A stretch of DNA of 63,776 nucleotides, counting the filler, from Collodictyon triciliatum (taxonomy: Eukaryota): NCBI GenBank assembly GCA_043381765.1. It is 11 parts of 11 records of this genome, joined end to end, with 100 filler letters (N's around TTAATTAATTAA, not from the genome) between each part and the next. Parts side by side here need not be neighbours in the genome. Positions count along the whole stretch, not along the records: positions 13,062 to 19,493 come from JBHJMP010004459.1; positions 19,594 to 26,025 come from JBHJMP010004460.1; 9 more parts are not named here. The stretch is one strand, 5' to 3'. This document shows positions 13,517 to 26,125 of the stretch, piece after piece. The translations under genes and the position numbers were made by a program. Every line of letters starts with the position of its first letter. Position 1 is the stretch's first letter. The notes below the pieces were generated by a model. That model was given only the letters and a program-made list of their open reading frames with translations. It did no database searches and was not told where the DNA came from.

Positions 13517-16500
13517 CTATTTGATCTTTCCCCCATTTTCATTTTCATATTCCTCTCTTCTGACGTAGGCATCCTGGGGGTAAAAATCTAGTGGATACAT
13601 ATAAATCAAATCAAATTTAATAGGCGAGCATGGTGGAAGCGTCTCAGCTGAGCACAGACTCGGATTGATGAAGTACAAATATCTTCCATTGTCGAAGAAA
13701 CCCGAGCTTATCTCTGTGATGCGTACAATCAAGTCGACGTTCGACCCGAACGGCATTCTGAACCTGTACAAATATCTGCCGTAGATATACTACAAACACG
13801 AATTCATCACATGAGTGCATCAGTGCCCAGTGCATGAATGCATCAACATTCTGTGTGGTTTTGTTTGTGGTTATCTTTATTCTTTGAATGAGACAAAGCT
13901 CTGAAATAAAACCAAAGAGAGAAAGAGAGAACATAGACTCAAAGTGCGAAGGAAAGAAAAGCACCCTCCATATCCACGCACCAGTGCGGCGCATAACACA
14001 AAAAGTCATTTTCCTGCTTGGAGAGCCTTCACTAAAAGAATCAGAGTAAACAAACCACGATGCAGAGTGCCTCCTTAGGCGACGAGAACAACAGCCCCGC
14101 GACCGGGATAGTCGCCCTCGGCCAAAGGCGCACCCACAACGACGCCGGAGCTGAAGATGGCCATGTCAAACCCAAACGCGCTGTTTGGAGGCAGAAAGTC
14201 AGAAGCGACGTTGCGCGTAGCGGAGTACGAGACTCTGTTTGGACGCGACTTGTAGACGGTGAATCCGCGCGTGGGCGAAGGAGCATCGGACGCCTCGCCC
14301 TCAAACACAACAAGGACATCTTCGTAGGCGGCCATGCGATACCCAAAGAGTTGTCCGTCATGCGCTGATGTAGGCGTGAGTGTTTGTGCAAGCGTGATTT
14401 CAGAGTATCCTCGGATGTCAAATACAAAGACTGCTCCGCTCTGGATGCCTGCGTAGCTGTATCCCATGTCCCCGACAATAAGCGACGTTGGAGTCAGAGA
14501 AAAGGACGATGCAAATAGGCTCGACCCAAACCCTGACCCGGTCACGATGCCCTTGAGGCGGAATCCGCTCGGGTCGAACGCATACACGTAGACACTTGAC
14601 GCTCGTGATTCGGGCTTGTTTGACACAGCAGCATGCTGCTCAGACAAGTTGATGGATGTGTAGCTGATATCACCATGCGGAGGGTTGGCTTGGTTGACTT
14701 GCTCCACATGGTAAGGATGCATGCTGATGGCCACGCTCACCCCAAAGTTGTCTCCTGCTTGGCCGTCCGCTGGCGTGATTTTGAAAGGATACAATTCCCA
14801 GCCAGAGTCCGAACCTGGGTTCATCAGGTAAAAGTAGGCGGCACCGGTCTCGAGCCCGTCATCATTCTTTGCATGCGGTGCACCAACCAGCATAAAATAC
14901 ATCAACACATCCAGGGAGGCGCCAAAGAGACCGTCAACTGGCGCAATGGTGTCCCAGGTCGGAGGAAGCACGGTCTTTGTATAGTGGAAGGAGTTGTCAA
15001 CCCACTGGTAGATGTGGATGGCTGCCGAGCTTGCACTTCCGATGGTGCTTGCTGCGCATGAGATGAAAGCATAGTCCCCTCTGACGACAACTTTTTGTCC
15101 GCACTGGGCATCCGCCGTTTCCTCAGGGTTTGATATCTGGCCTATCGGGATGAGTGTGCCTCCAATGTCGAACAAGATGGATACAACGCCGCCATCACAG
15201 GCCAATCCCGGGATGCAGAATGGCTGTCCAACAGCGACAACCGGCCCATCTGCAGAGATAGAGTACCCAAAACCAAACGAGTACGTGTTCTGCGGTGCAG
15301 GTGCAACACTCGCTGTTGTTGAATTGTATTATTTTATGTATTTTTTGTATATGCGATGAGAAGGATTGATAAATAGAAAAGGTTGAATGTGTTGCAATCG
15401 TACAAAATCCCATCGCTTATGACACACGGAGTCAGATTTGATACGGGAATAGGAAACATGAGAAGAAATGAAATAGAAGCAGGGTTGGGGTTTGACTTAC
15501 GGGGTGGTGTCATCTCCTCTTCGCAGTACTTTCCGCCATACCTATTATTGCAAGCACATCGGTCGAAGGCCTCAAAGATACCGTGGTTGTTGCAGATTTC
15601 GAATCCTTTGGTGTAAGAACAATCACGTCCCTGAATGGGTGTAATGTAAATACTTAAGCCTGCATTATTCACGGAATAAAAGCCATCGAGCGTAAAAAGC
15701 AATCTCCAATAATGACCGAGCTAATTTTTTCCTTACAAAGAAGCCCTCAGAGCATATGCATTTCCCAGCGCTGCAAATTCCACTGTAGCTGCAATCAGAG
15801 TTACTCTTGCAAGGAATATTCAAGTAGGCTGAAATCGATGTGGCGTCCGAAGCCGTGTTGCTTCCACAGTCATCATTACCAAAGTGTGACTTGCATCTCT
15901 GGAGAACGAGACACTTCTCGTCCAAGTCTACAACGAGGCCGGTGGACTTTGTCTTGAAAATCCCTACAACGGTGTCGTCGCTCTTTCGAATGATTGGGGA
16001 GCCCGTCAAATCTCCGAAGGCGTTGGTATCCTTTTGAAACCAAGGTTAAAAATAAAGCTTTTGAGAACAATTTATTGCATTTTTGCATCAAACAGTCCTA
16101 TTTAAGAAATCAAATCATCGCTATTTCAAAAAAAAAAGTTTAGAACTGAAGACAAAATTCATTTTTTGTTACATTTATAAAAGTCTAATTACGGTAATGT
16201 AGAATGATCCAAAAGCCTTGTCTCCGCTGGTGCGTGCGTTTCCTTTTTCTGCATACTTTTTTGGCAAGCCATTTGGGTGGCCAATCACCATTATAGACTC
16301 CCCTGTTTCTATCTGTATTTTTAAAATTGACACGATTATGCCAGTGAAATGTTTTGAAAGGAATCTTAATATTTCTTCTTTTCATATGACCTTCGTGGGC
16401 GATATTTTCAAGGGCTTTCGACTCAGAACATGTCTATCTAAGGTTACGATGACGTTCCCGCGTGCGTCCGTGGTGTAAGCCAAGCAAGAATAAACCTTTA

Positions 16501-18552
16501 CTCAGAAAGTATTCGTAAATTATTCATCGCGCTTATCATTGCGACATACGGACTGCTTGCTGACATCGGGTATACATACTTGGTCCGATTTAAAATTTGT
16601 GTGTGGTGAGCCTCTTTCGTCGATGGCGTAGTCAAAAACAAAGTAGGAGCTGCGACACTCAGTCATGTCTTTGATGCTAGTCGGGGACATAAGAATAAAA
16701 TTTAAAATTATACTGCGTATTGGAAATATGTGAAGCATAGAAATGCACATACATTCATCTTAAATGGAATCAATATATTGGGCTTAGCAGAGAACCATTC
16801 TCCGGATGTGGCAATTTGACTCTGTGACACGAGGAATCCGGTGCAGGATGAGACAACCGGCTTTGATTGTATTATGGACATAAACGTTAACAAATTTACA
16901 AAGAGACTACATTTTCTGTAGAAAGTGATGAACTACCTGGTCGCGGAATGGCTGGTTACTGCACACACCCAAGTCTCTGAACTTGCCTTGATAGTTGGCT
17001 ACATATGACCCACCGGCTTTGCGAATAAGCTGATGCTTATGTTGAAAGAAATTGTCAGTGCTAGTTCTATCTGACAAAATGGCGTTGTCCCATGCACTAA
17101 ATTATTGTTAAAAATTATCATATCAATATTTTTTTCAAAAAAAAAAACATACTTGTCTCATGACAGCCACCACTGAACTGCCTAGACCTCGGAGTCTGCT
17201 GTTAACCTTATTCTCTTCCTTCGGTGTGGTGGGAGTATGAACTTCTCTTGATATCTCAATAGCCTTTCGGATAGCTGAGCGAGTTGCTAGATAAAAGTTG
17301 TATGCATCCAGGTTATTGGGATTGCCTATGTTTGCGAAAACAGCCCAGTAGTTAAGTTCTCTATCCACGACAGGGAGATATCCTTGCCATCCGAGACTGT
17401 GCTGCATGCCCTTAGAAGAGCATGGAACTGTTAGGTTTGTAGACTCACAGACAACCCAGTGGAAGTAAGCGTAATGCCATCTGCTATATTCAGGACCCCA
17501 TGTACTATCAGCCACTGGATATGGTGTATAGTCCGTCTCAATCAAGGCAACGGTTTCAGGTTTGACCACTCGGCCAGCGACATATGCTCCAAGGACTCTT
17601 GCATACCAGGTGGGTGTTGTAAATAGTCCTGCGCCCGGTCTTCCCCCAACTTCGTTCCAGTATCTGAAAGGTTGCCCTAGATTATTAGGAATCACAATTT
17701 CCTCATCAACGAGCTGTTGGTATGTTTCCTTTCCTGATGCAAGAACTGCCATCTGTCCGGCAATTAAGTTATGGTGCTCGATGTAGTAGAACTTTGTTCC
17801 AGGGTATCCCACAGGCTGGACGTTACTATCATAGATCTCACGGACGCAGTCAGCAAGGCTGACATCAACGCTCTGATATCATAGTTTCGATGAATTTAAA
17901 GATTAGTATATCTGATTGGCTTTTACACGCTTGTTTTGAAAGGGGGATGGAGTTTACCTCAAAGGACACAGAAAAATTATGAGGTTTGAAATTTGTCACA
18001 AAATGAGAACCATGAAGCAATCTGGGTCTGTAACTCCGTAACCAGAGGTGAAGGAAAGCAGGTGGTGAAGAGTGATCGCAGAGCGCCAGTCGCTGGGATC
18101 TGTGGTCCAGTAATCGATGTACTTGCTGGGTTTGTCGTCCAGGCTCAACACACCACGCTCCACCAGGCGCATAATGACCATGCTACTGATCCATTTACTT
18201 GCACTCCATAAACGTGTTGCGGTGTCGCGTGTGTACCAACCTATCGAATGGAATGCCAAAGGTCTGCGTTACATCTTTTCATGCATGAATACCCAGCATT
18301 ATGCCTTAATCAGAGGATGTTTCCTGTGGCTATAAAATGGAATGTCTTGCCTTTTTCGTGGACAAAGACTTCCCCACGGTCATCTCCAATTATCAACGCG
18401 ATATTTGGAAGCAGGTCATTGTTATCCAGCCGGCGGCGAACTTCGCTCCAGACGTCATCTTCGGCTAGTGATCCGGCGACAGTGACAGAGAGGGCGAGTA
18501 CCCCTAAGATAAGAGCTGCGCCCAATAAACTCTTTATGGATAAAGAGTGCAT
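13517..18552 (-). CDS. Secreted multidomain protein of about 1185 aa: signal peptide, beta-lactamase/PBP-like serine hydrolase, inactive trypsin-like domain, 2 EGF-like repeats, 7-blade FG-GAP propeller, short C-terminal tail
   Basis: Twelve exons, all phase-compatible: 18552-18351, 18240-18011, 17872-17153, 17035-16937, 16860-16796, 16676-16580, 16495-16391, 16312-16193, 16030-15737, 15630-15501, 15312-14090, 13789-13517. Motifs: WSASKW (SxxK), LLSFTSG, PGTKFYY; CTGFLVS, IGHPNGLPK, TGSPII; CSYSGICSAGKCICSEGFFGRDC; FGASL..VGAP..GAAYFY, DNFGVSVAIS. Confidence 0.85.
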
Positions 18553-19284
18553 CCTCCTGATTCTATTGAGGTGAGGATGGTGTGATGTTCAATTATTGAG
18601 AAAAAATGAGAGGACTTGCAGCGGGTGGCCCTAAAGACAGAAAGCTTCGTCTGGTATCTTGGAGGCGGAATAAAATAAAAAAAGAAGCCGATGCTGACAA
18701 AGCGTGAAGTTGATCCGGCATGTATTGTGCTTTTCATCGATGCATCAAGAACATTTGAAGGGTGCATGAGTGCAGACCCGTAAATGGTCTTTCTTGAACA
18801 ATATCTTTGATTCGGAACGGTTTCAAAGCGTTGAAGCAGAGCAGCTTCAGGGCGTGTCCTGCTTCTCCGTGCTTGCATTTGTTCTTTGTCCACATGGTTG
18901 CTTCTGTATATCTTCTTTTTGTGCGCTTGGAACAACACTGAACGGGAATCAATGGTGATAATACGACATTAATCATGCTACAGTTACCCCAGCGAGCCGG
19001 GCTTCAGAATAAATAAACGCGGTCATCCAAGCGCGAGCAGAAAAAAAGAACCGGAATAGGAAGGACCGATGGCTATATATACAAAGAATATATGCGGAAA
19101 TTGCATTTGGAATTTCTTATCTAAATGCGGAACTTATAATAAATATCTTTATTTTGTTTACTCGAATCATGAATATTGTAGAATTTATAATTTTACGGAT
19201 GCCGTTATCAATCACATACAAGAGCTACTGAGTATAAACAGACCTTCTCTTTGCTCTTTGCAGTGTAACGAAAATGGCATCGGG

Positions 19285-19493
19285 TAGACTCACACATTTC
19301 ACAGTTTTCATACAGAGCCTTCCACCGCGCTAGTAGCGGCTCGGGTGTGTTTGGTGGTGGTGATGGGATTCTGCTCTCACAAAGCTGTGCCTTGAAGTTC
19401 GGGCATATGCGATGGATGAGATGCCACATTCCACGCTGCCAGAATCCTTTCGGATGGGTAAGCATATCTGTCCACCATCTCATCGTGAGTGAT
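19285..19493 (-). mobile_element. Possible non-LTR retrotransposon ORF2 C-terminal fragment
   Basis: WW..LTHPK..QRGMWHLIHR...CEMCE resembles the zf-RVT W..+H..CxxC region of LINE ORF2. Truncated at the spacer. Confidence 0.4.
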
Positions 19494-22400
19494 NNNNNNN
19501 NNNNNNNNNNNNNNNNNNNNNNNNNNNNNNNNNNNNNTTAATTAATTAANNNNNNNNNNNNNNNNNNNNNNNNNNNNNNNNNNNNNNNNNNNNCCCCCCC
19601 CCCTCGGTCCTGCACAAAAGTTGAAAGGAAGAATAAAAAAAAATGTATAAACGAGAGATTTATTTTTTCAACCAATAGGCGAATCCCATGAAAAAGGTCG
19701 AGTTGAGAAGAGAAAAGCAAACAGATCAAAAACCAACCTGAAAGCTAATCCAATATCTCAGAGATGTTCTTAAAGTCTACGTTTGAAGGATCTCCATCGA
19801 AGTGATCTTACTGTGGGCAGGGCAACCAGAGATTCAATCGCCTCGAAGCTCCTAGAAAGCATCACAAACTGCATGAGATTGGAATAGAATTCACTTAAAA
19901 TTCTTAGAAACCGCAAAATGACAAATCAGTTAAAGCTTCGATAAAAATAATAATAGAATCAAGGATATTTCATATAGTGTGGATGCATGGCCAACGATGT
20001 TTTGCAACAGAAAGGCTCGGAAATCTGGAAGACCTCAGCTCTCCTTGGCTTGCGAATATTTGTAATTATGAGGGCCCTAAAACCTTTGCAGGAAGGAGGA
20101 ATAGTTGAATATATCGTTATTTGGATATGTAGATGAGTTTTCATGTGTTTTGTGTTTTGGTCGGTTCGTGCGCAACATAACCCAGGGATGATGCTGGGCA
20201 AGACTAGAGCCAATCACATGAAATTTTGCTGAAGGGACTCATCTTTGGCCCGTTCTTGTTTCTTTCATTTTATTTTTATTTGCCAGCTTTTGATAGTCCC
20301 TCTCCACTCGATCAAGTCTTCTGACTTTCTGACATAGGTAAAAGACTTCCTTAGGTGTAAACCTCCGCTTTTTTTAATAGAAAATAAAGGTATGTTTTCT
20401 TATTGTTGTATTAATCAGTTTGCTTGGTCTTATGTTGATCGGTGGTCTTTTTTTTTTTTTGTGTTTTGTTAAAAATAATAAGTGTCCAAGCAAAAGGGAT
20501 TCAATTGATCACTTGTGTTGTGCCGGTCTTTGGCTTTGGTTCTTGACTGATTATGTGGTTGTGTCGACAGAAATGTGCTTGTCAATGGATCTGCTATATA
20601 GACTGGCATACTGGTTTGTTTTAAAGGCTCGGAACAAGTTTTTTTCGCATATAAAGTTGAACCTCTTTTTTGATATTGGAGGACATTGACATAAGGAAAC
20701 TGCAGTATTATTAACTATTCACTATAGAGTGAATAATCCTTCATAGATTTTGTTTTCTAAATATAAACTTTAGTGGCACAGAAAATTCAAAGAAAAATCA
20801 AAGGAAAATGATGAACGGGGCGAAGAGGAAAAAATGGGGCAGGCGTCTCAATTGTTTGAATAAGCGGGTTTTGTGATAGTCTTAAAGCAAATGACACGTA
20901 ATATAAATAAAAGCTAAATTGGAAATGATTCCGTTACTTTTGTGGTATGATTGAATTTGACAAAGTGAGATTTTTTTGTGAGATGCAACATGGATTTGGC
21001 TGGCTTGACTGGTTTTGCCGCGAAATGAAGAAAGATTCATTGATTATGTCTTAACATGTACAATTCATAAGAATTCTACATAATCGGTCGCGAAAATACA
21101 AGATCTATAGATCGTTTCTTCAATTTTTTTCTAACAGCTTTTTGAACAGAGGGAAATATTACATCCGCGCATAATAAAGTGTGTACCTATGAAAGGAATA
21201 TTAATCCTGTCACATTAACATTCACATAATACAAAAGAAAGCACCAAAATATCGCTTTGAACCTGTTGAAGAGAAAAGCACATCGCTCACATCAAATGGC
21301 CCACGTATCGACAATATGCATTCAGATATCTGGTGGAAAGGTATGCAGTCCGTGATCTAAAAAACCAGTGAATCAAAGCACTTTGATATATTTCACTGCT
21401 TACTGTTGCTCTTGAAAGCACTGCAGGCGCATATCGCTATCGGTTTCCAAATTCTAGTTCAATAGCTTGTAAACTATTTCCTTCTTTTCTTTCTTTTTCG
21501 ATAGTTTATTGATCAAACACATCGCCAAAGATGAATACCCTATTATTTTATATGTACTAATTGTTTTTTTTTAAAAGGCTGATATTTGATGCGGGCTTAA
21601 GTGACGCGCACCACCTTTCGAGTATCTTTATTGACCCATTTTGGTGGCATGCAAAACCTAGACTGAAAGCGAAGGCTTATGGTTTGTTATTTTACATTTT
21701 ATATTTTATTTTACTTTAAAAAGGTATATATATGATATTATTGGATATTAAGTAAAAACTATCATTTAATAGAATACTGTTAGAAATCTCTATATTTTTT
21801 TTTTGCGAGTTATTGATTTCACACAATCGTTGTTATTTTTTCGGCTTCATTTCAGTTTATTTGGCATGTTCGAGAAGAGCTTGGTTGGGAATGGGCTGAT
21901 AGAACGCGTGCCGGGGGAGCTTTTGCGAAGGGGTGTATGAGGGCATGGGGGATTTTCCAAGAAGGGCAGACATGGAACAGAAGGGGAACAATTCTGTGGG
22001 GTGTCTTTTTGTGGGGTCGAAGCTCGGCGTAGATATGGTATCTCATTCCTCTCTCACGGAAGCACTCTGTTGGTGACATCTTTTCTTTGAAAGTTGTGGG
22101 ATGTGCTCCGTTGTCCGGCGAAGCACACCCCGGCTAATCTGGATTGCGTATAACTGAGGGCGCAGGAGGAGGGCTCAGGGAACGCGTGATACAGGGCCAG
22201 AATCACACACCGCGCACCCTGTGGGGTTCGAACCGCGTTCACGCAGGTCAGACGCTGTCCCATGCCAGCTGGACTATCTTTATTTTTGGATGTTCGTCGG
22301 GATAGGTAAGATATGTACTATTCGAGTGCAAAAATTAAAAGATGTAATTAATAAATCAAAAGATATTTCAAGTGGGTCTACATATTGAAATCCTTCGTGA

Positions 22401-22560
22401 GCGATGTTGAACTTGAGTCCTTTTCGTTTCATCGTGAGCCAAGTTGGTGCGTTCATTTATGTATTAAAATTCTCTTATTTGACTCAAAATGCACATGCTC
22501 CATACTAAGTGGCTATAGTATTGACAGAATTTGCCTACTTTCATCATGTGCTTTTCACGA

Positions 22561-23344
22561 TTTTTTTCTTTATTCGATTCAAAGTGCAGCGAGGTTATGC
22601 CATACGAAAGAAGTGAGATGGGTGCGCATGGGAGAGAGAAAACGCGAGTAGGAGAAGACACTACCGTGGAGAGGGTAGCACTGGAATGAAGTCAGTGATA
22701 GCGAGTTGGTCAGGTGGGCGTCCCAACTTGTTGATTGGTTGCGTGGGTAGCAGGGGTTGGATGTGCTGTGGGAGATATCGCACAACACATTCCCACATCT
22801 CTCTTCGCTTGCGGTCAGAGTAGCGAAGAATACAGGCGTCTTTCAGCAGGCTGTTCAGGAAGCTGTATTGCACGAGGCTTTCAAGCCTGGATACATTGAT
22901 TTCTCGTTCGGATGAATCATTAGAGCGAGGTAATGCACGCACACCCCATAAGAACCACAGCATATGTCCCCTTGTGACTGTCCAGAGTATTCTAGAGTCG
23001 TGGGTCATTTAGTATTGTCGGCCAAACAGGATGTCAGACGCGCTGAGTCGGTTGGGAGGATAATCAAGCTCAGAGAGCATCTTGTGAGTAGATTCTGTCA
23101 CTTTTTGAGCCAGGAAGCACTTCACAAATATGTGTTCGATAGAGTCATCTCCACTATGGCACATTGTGCATTCTGGAGAGGTCGTTGCTGCATGGACTAC
23201 ACGCGCACCTATCCACAGTTCTCTGTTGGAGATATTGAGAAGTAGGGCGCGGTGCTTCGGGAGTAGCTGAGATATGCGGGCTTGCTTCCAGCTTTTGACT
23301 ATCGGCGGGTCTATAATGCCTATAGTTTCGGCCCAACGACTCAT
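22561..23344 (-). mobile_element. 5'-truncated L1/Tx1-like LINE, 3' end (family A, copy 1), decayed
   Basis: ORF2 C-terminal CCHC knuckle CTMCHSGDDSIEHIFVKC, then LWFLWGVR. In-frame TAA at 23009-23011. Ends with AATAAA and an A tract at about 22561. Closely similar to 59470-59941. Confidence 0.85.
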
Positions 23345-24576
23345 CTTCTCCGGTTTGTAGGATTCGGACTGATGATTTTATATCAAAACAGCTTTTCGAA
23401 TAAAGAAAAAAATATCAAAACAGCTTGGAATATGCCATGGCCATCGAGAATTGCGGATATTTGGGTCTTCATATTAGAATTATATCCAATAGTTATACAT
23501 TTAGTGACATATTTCATGAAGAGGTAAACCCGTTCATTTAATTGAAAATTATTTGCATCCCTGTTTATGTGTTTCTCTGTCTCTTATGAGATTACTTTCT
23601 TTTGTCTATGTCACAGTCGTTATTTTTATTTTCGACTCTTTTTTTTTCTTTAATACAAACCACAATATCTACACTCACAAAAGCAAAGTTTTCTTTCCTC
23701 ATTGTCTTTGATATCTCACAAATTTGTTTCCCAACAAGCCTTTTCCAAAAAAAAAAAGTAATATGTTTAAGTCTCTCCAGAATAATATGTTATTTGTAAT
23801 AGCTCATTGAAGTATGAAGAACGTTTTTGGTAATGCATAGTTAACATATTGGTTATGTGGCACATGCCCTTGATGCTTAAAGATTTTTAGTTGTGTATAT
23901 GTCTTGCTGCTTCATTTGAACGGTACATATCAAGTTTATCCTCTATCCACTTGCTACTTTTGTTTATTTTGTCTTTTTTTATTGGAATAGTAAATAGTTT
24001 TTTTTGCTCAATCAGAGCAAGCATCGCTTTCCTGCCTGATAATCTTGTAGTAATATGAGCTGTAAAGTGGAACGAATCCCCAGAAAAAATATACCCGCAC
24101 TATTATTCGCGTAAATTATATCCATAACGATTGCACATAAAGCACAATTTTTTTCATAATCAAATTTCTGCTTTCTTTAATTTCGTGTGTTTATGTCTTC
24201 ATTTTATGCATATTTTATTGCACTATTGTGTATTCCCTTTTTCTTACAACCATATGTATTGTGCACTCAGCCTTGTTTGTTCCATTACGCTGTCTTCAAC
24301 CTCATTACGCTATTACTAGATTGCTTCTGGTCAGTCGGTCTCGTTTCCTGATTTTTACCTTGATCTGATGACCTTCTTTTATCGCCTTCCACCATTCTTT
24401 GGCTCCCATTGTTTCTCATTCAATCATTTTTGTCTTGTTAAAAGACAACTTTCTATAATCAAAAAAATAAGTAAAATCGATGTATAGACCTTTGCTATAA
24501 CAAAAACTGCTAATAGTTTCCTGTCATGAATGACAATCACTACGCCTATCATGTGATTCTTTTTTAAAAAAAATGC

Positions 24577-24684
<108 letters not shown>

Positions 24685-26125
24685 GGGGATAGGTATGATT
24701 TTCAAAATATTTCAGTCCTTACTTTCATTTTTAATATAATTATGCATTCGCAATATATATGTTAATTAAGTAAATTTTTACAGGGTGTGAGTCCTTTTCG
24801 TTGCCCAGCAAAAGGTTGTCAGCTTGTATAATCAAGTTTAAAAAAATTGGTAAAGAAAACCATTCACCCTCATCGATTCCACTTTTGACAGAAAATAGTA
24901 AACTCTACGATGATTCCATGTTTCAAGCAAAAACTTACAGCATATGCAATTAAACACAATATTTCAAAAAATAATAATATTGAAAGAAAAGGTGGTATGG
25001 TTTAATTGTTAAATATATCCAAATACAACATTCTGCATAAAAATGATGCAGGATGGAAACCTTTCCTATTTATCCAGTAATCATATGAATGGTCGACTAT
25101 GGCATAGCTTCTCACGACATCATCAGGCTTGCCATTAAATTTTAACAAAAATAATGAACAATTATCATGTGTTTAAAAAACCTGGGATTTAGGACATATA
25201 TGTAAAGAAAAAAGTTATGCGTCTTCTATTGTATCTAATATAATCTATTGAAGTGTTTCTCAATCCATCCGTATCATTTTTCATATCCTCCGCCTATAAT
25301 TCTGATGACTAAAAAGTATTACACTGTTTTATTTTGTTTTTTTCTTATCATCTGCGACTATAACTTTTGATACACAGCCAAACAGTAGAAGCAAAACACA
25401 CAAAAAAAAACTCTTTCGTTCGTGCGATTTCTGCTCATCAATTAAAAAAAAAGACTGCTCAAGTGTGTTTTGCTTGTGTTGAGATGCTCATCGCCACCCT
25501 TTCGCGTTTATGTTTAGTATTATAGGCTTTTCTGTCGACATGCTTCGACTTTTGTGTAGTTGTGTGAGCGGTGTTGTGCGACTGTGCCCTTGAAGCTGAA
25601 CGCCGCTGACTTGATTGCCCATGCGTTGTTTGTCATGCATAATTGTACAGAAGACATTCTCCCGCTATGACAGACTGGCAAATACACAACTATATGGATT
25701 GACCTTGCCTACAGTTTCCTCACACAACACAACACAACAAACAAAAAAAATATGACTCATAGAAAAGAAACATGTCGTCTTTGTTGTTTTCTTTTTCTTT
25801 CTGTTTTTATTTTTTCTGTTTTTATTGTTTTTTTTTATTGTTTTTATTGTTTTTTATTGTTTTTTAATTGTTTTTTTATTGTTTTTTATTGTTTTTTATT
25901 GTTTTTTTATTGTATTTTTATTGTTTTTTTTATTGTTTTTTATTGTTTTTTATTGTTTTTTATTGTTTTTTTATTGTTTTTTATTGTTTTTTATTGTTTT
26001 TTATTGTTTTTTATTGTTTTTTTATNNNNNNNNNNNNNNNNNNNNNNNNNNNNNNNNNNNNNNNNNNNNTTAATTAATTAANNNNNNNNNNNNNNNNNNN
26101 NNNNNNNNNNNNNNNNNNNNNNNNN

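Noticed and set aside
14060-15061. Plus-strand ORFs overlapping the propeller exon (likewise those over OGG1)
   Set aside because: They are antisense shadows of GC-rich coding exons, with no recognisable motifs.
14075-15312. Integrin alpha subunit
   Set aside because: The FG-GAP propeller is C-terminal, with no thigh/calf domains, transmembrane helix or GFFKR tail.
17153-18240. Bacterial contaminant or bona fide antibiotic-resistance beta-lactamase
   Set aside because: The gene has spliceosomal introns. SxxK only places it in the broad serine hydrolase family, so activity cannot be called from sequence.
19600-22000. Possible gene in this contig segment
   Set aside because: I could not build a consistent spliced frame or find a motif, so it is left unannotated.
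22210-22250. tRNA gene or tRNA-derived SINE (GGTTCGAACC B-box)
   Set aside because: The T-stem does not pair, and no D arm, anticodon arm or acceptor 5' strand is found on either strand.
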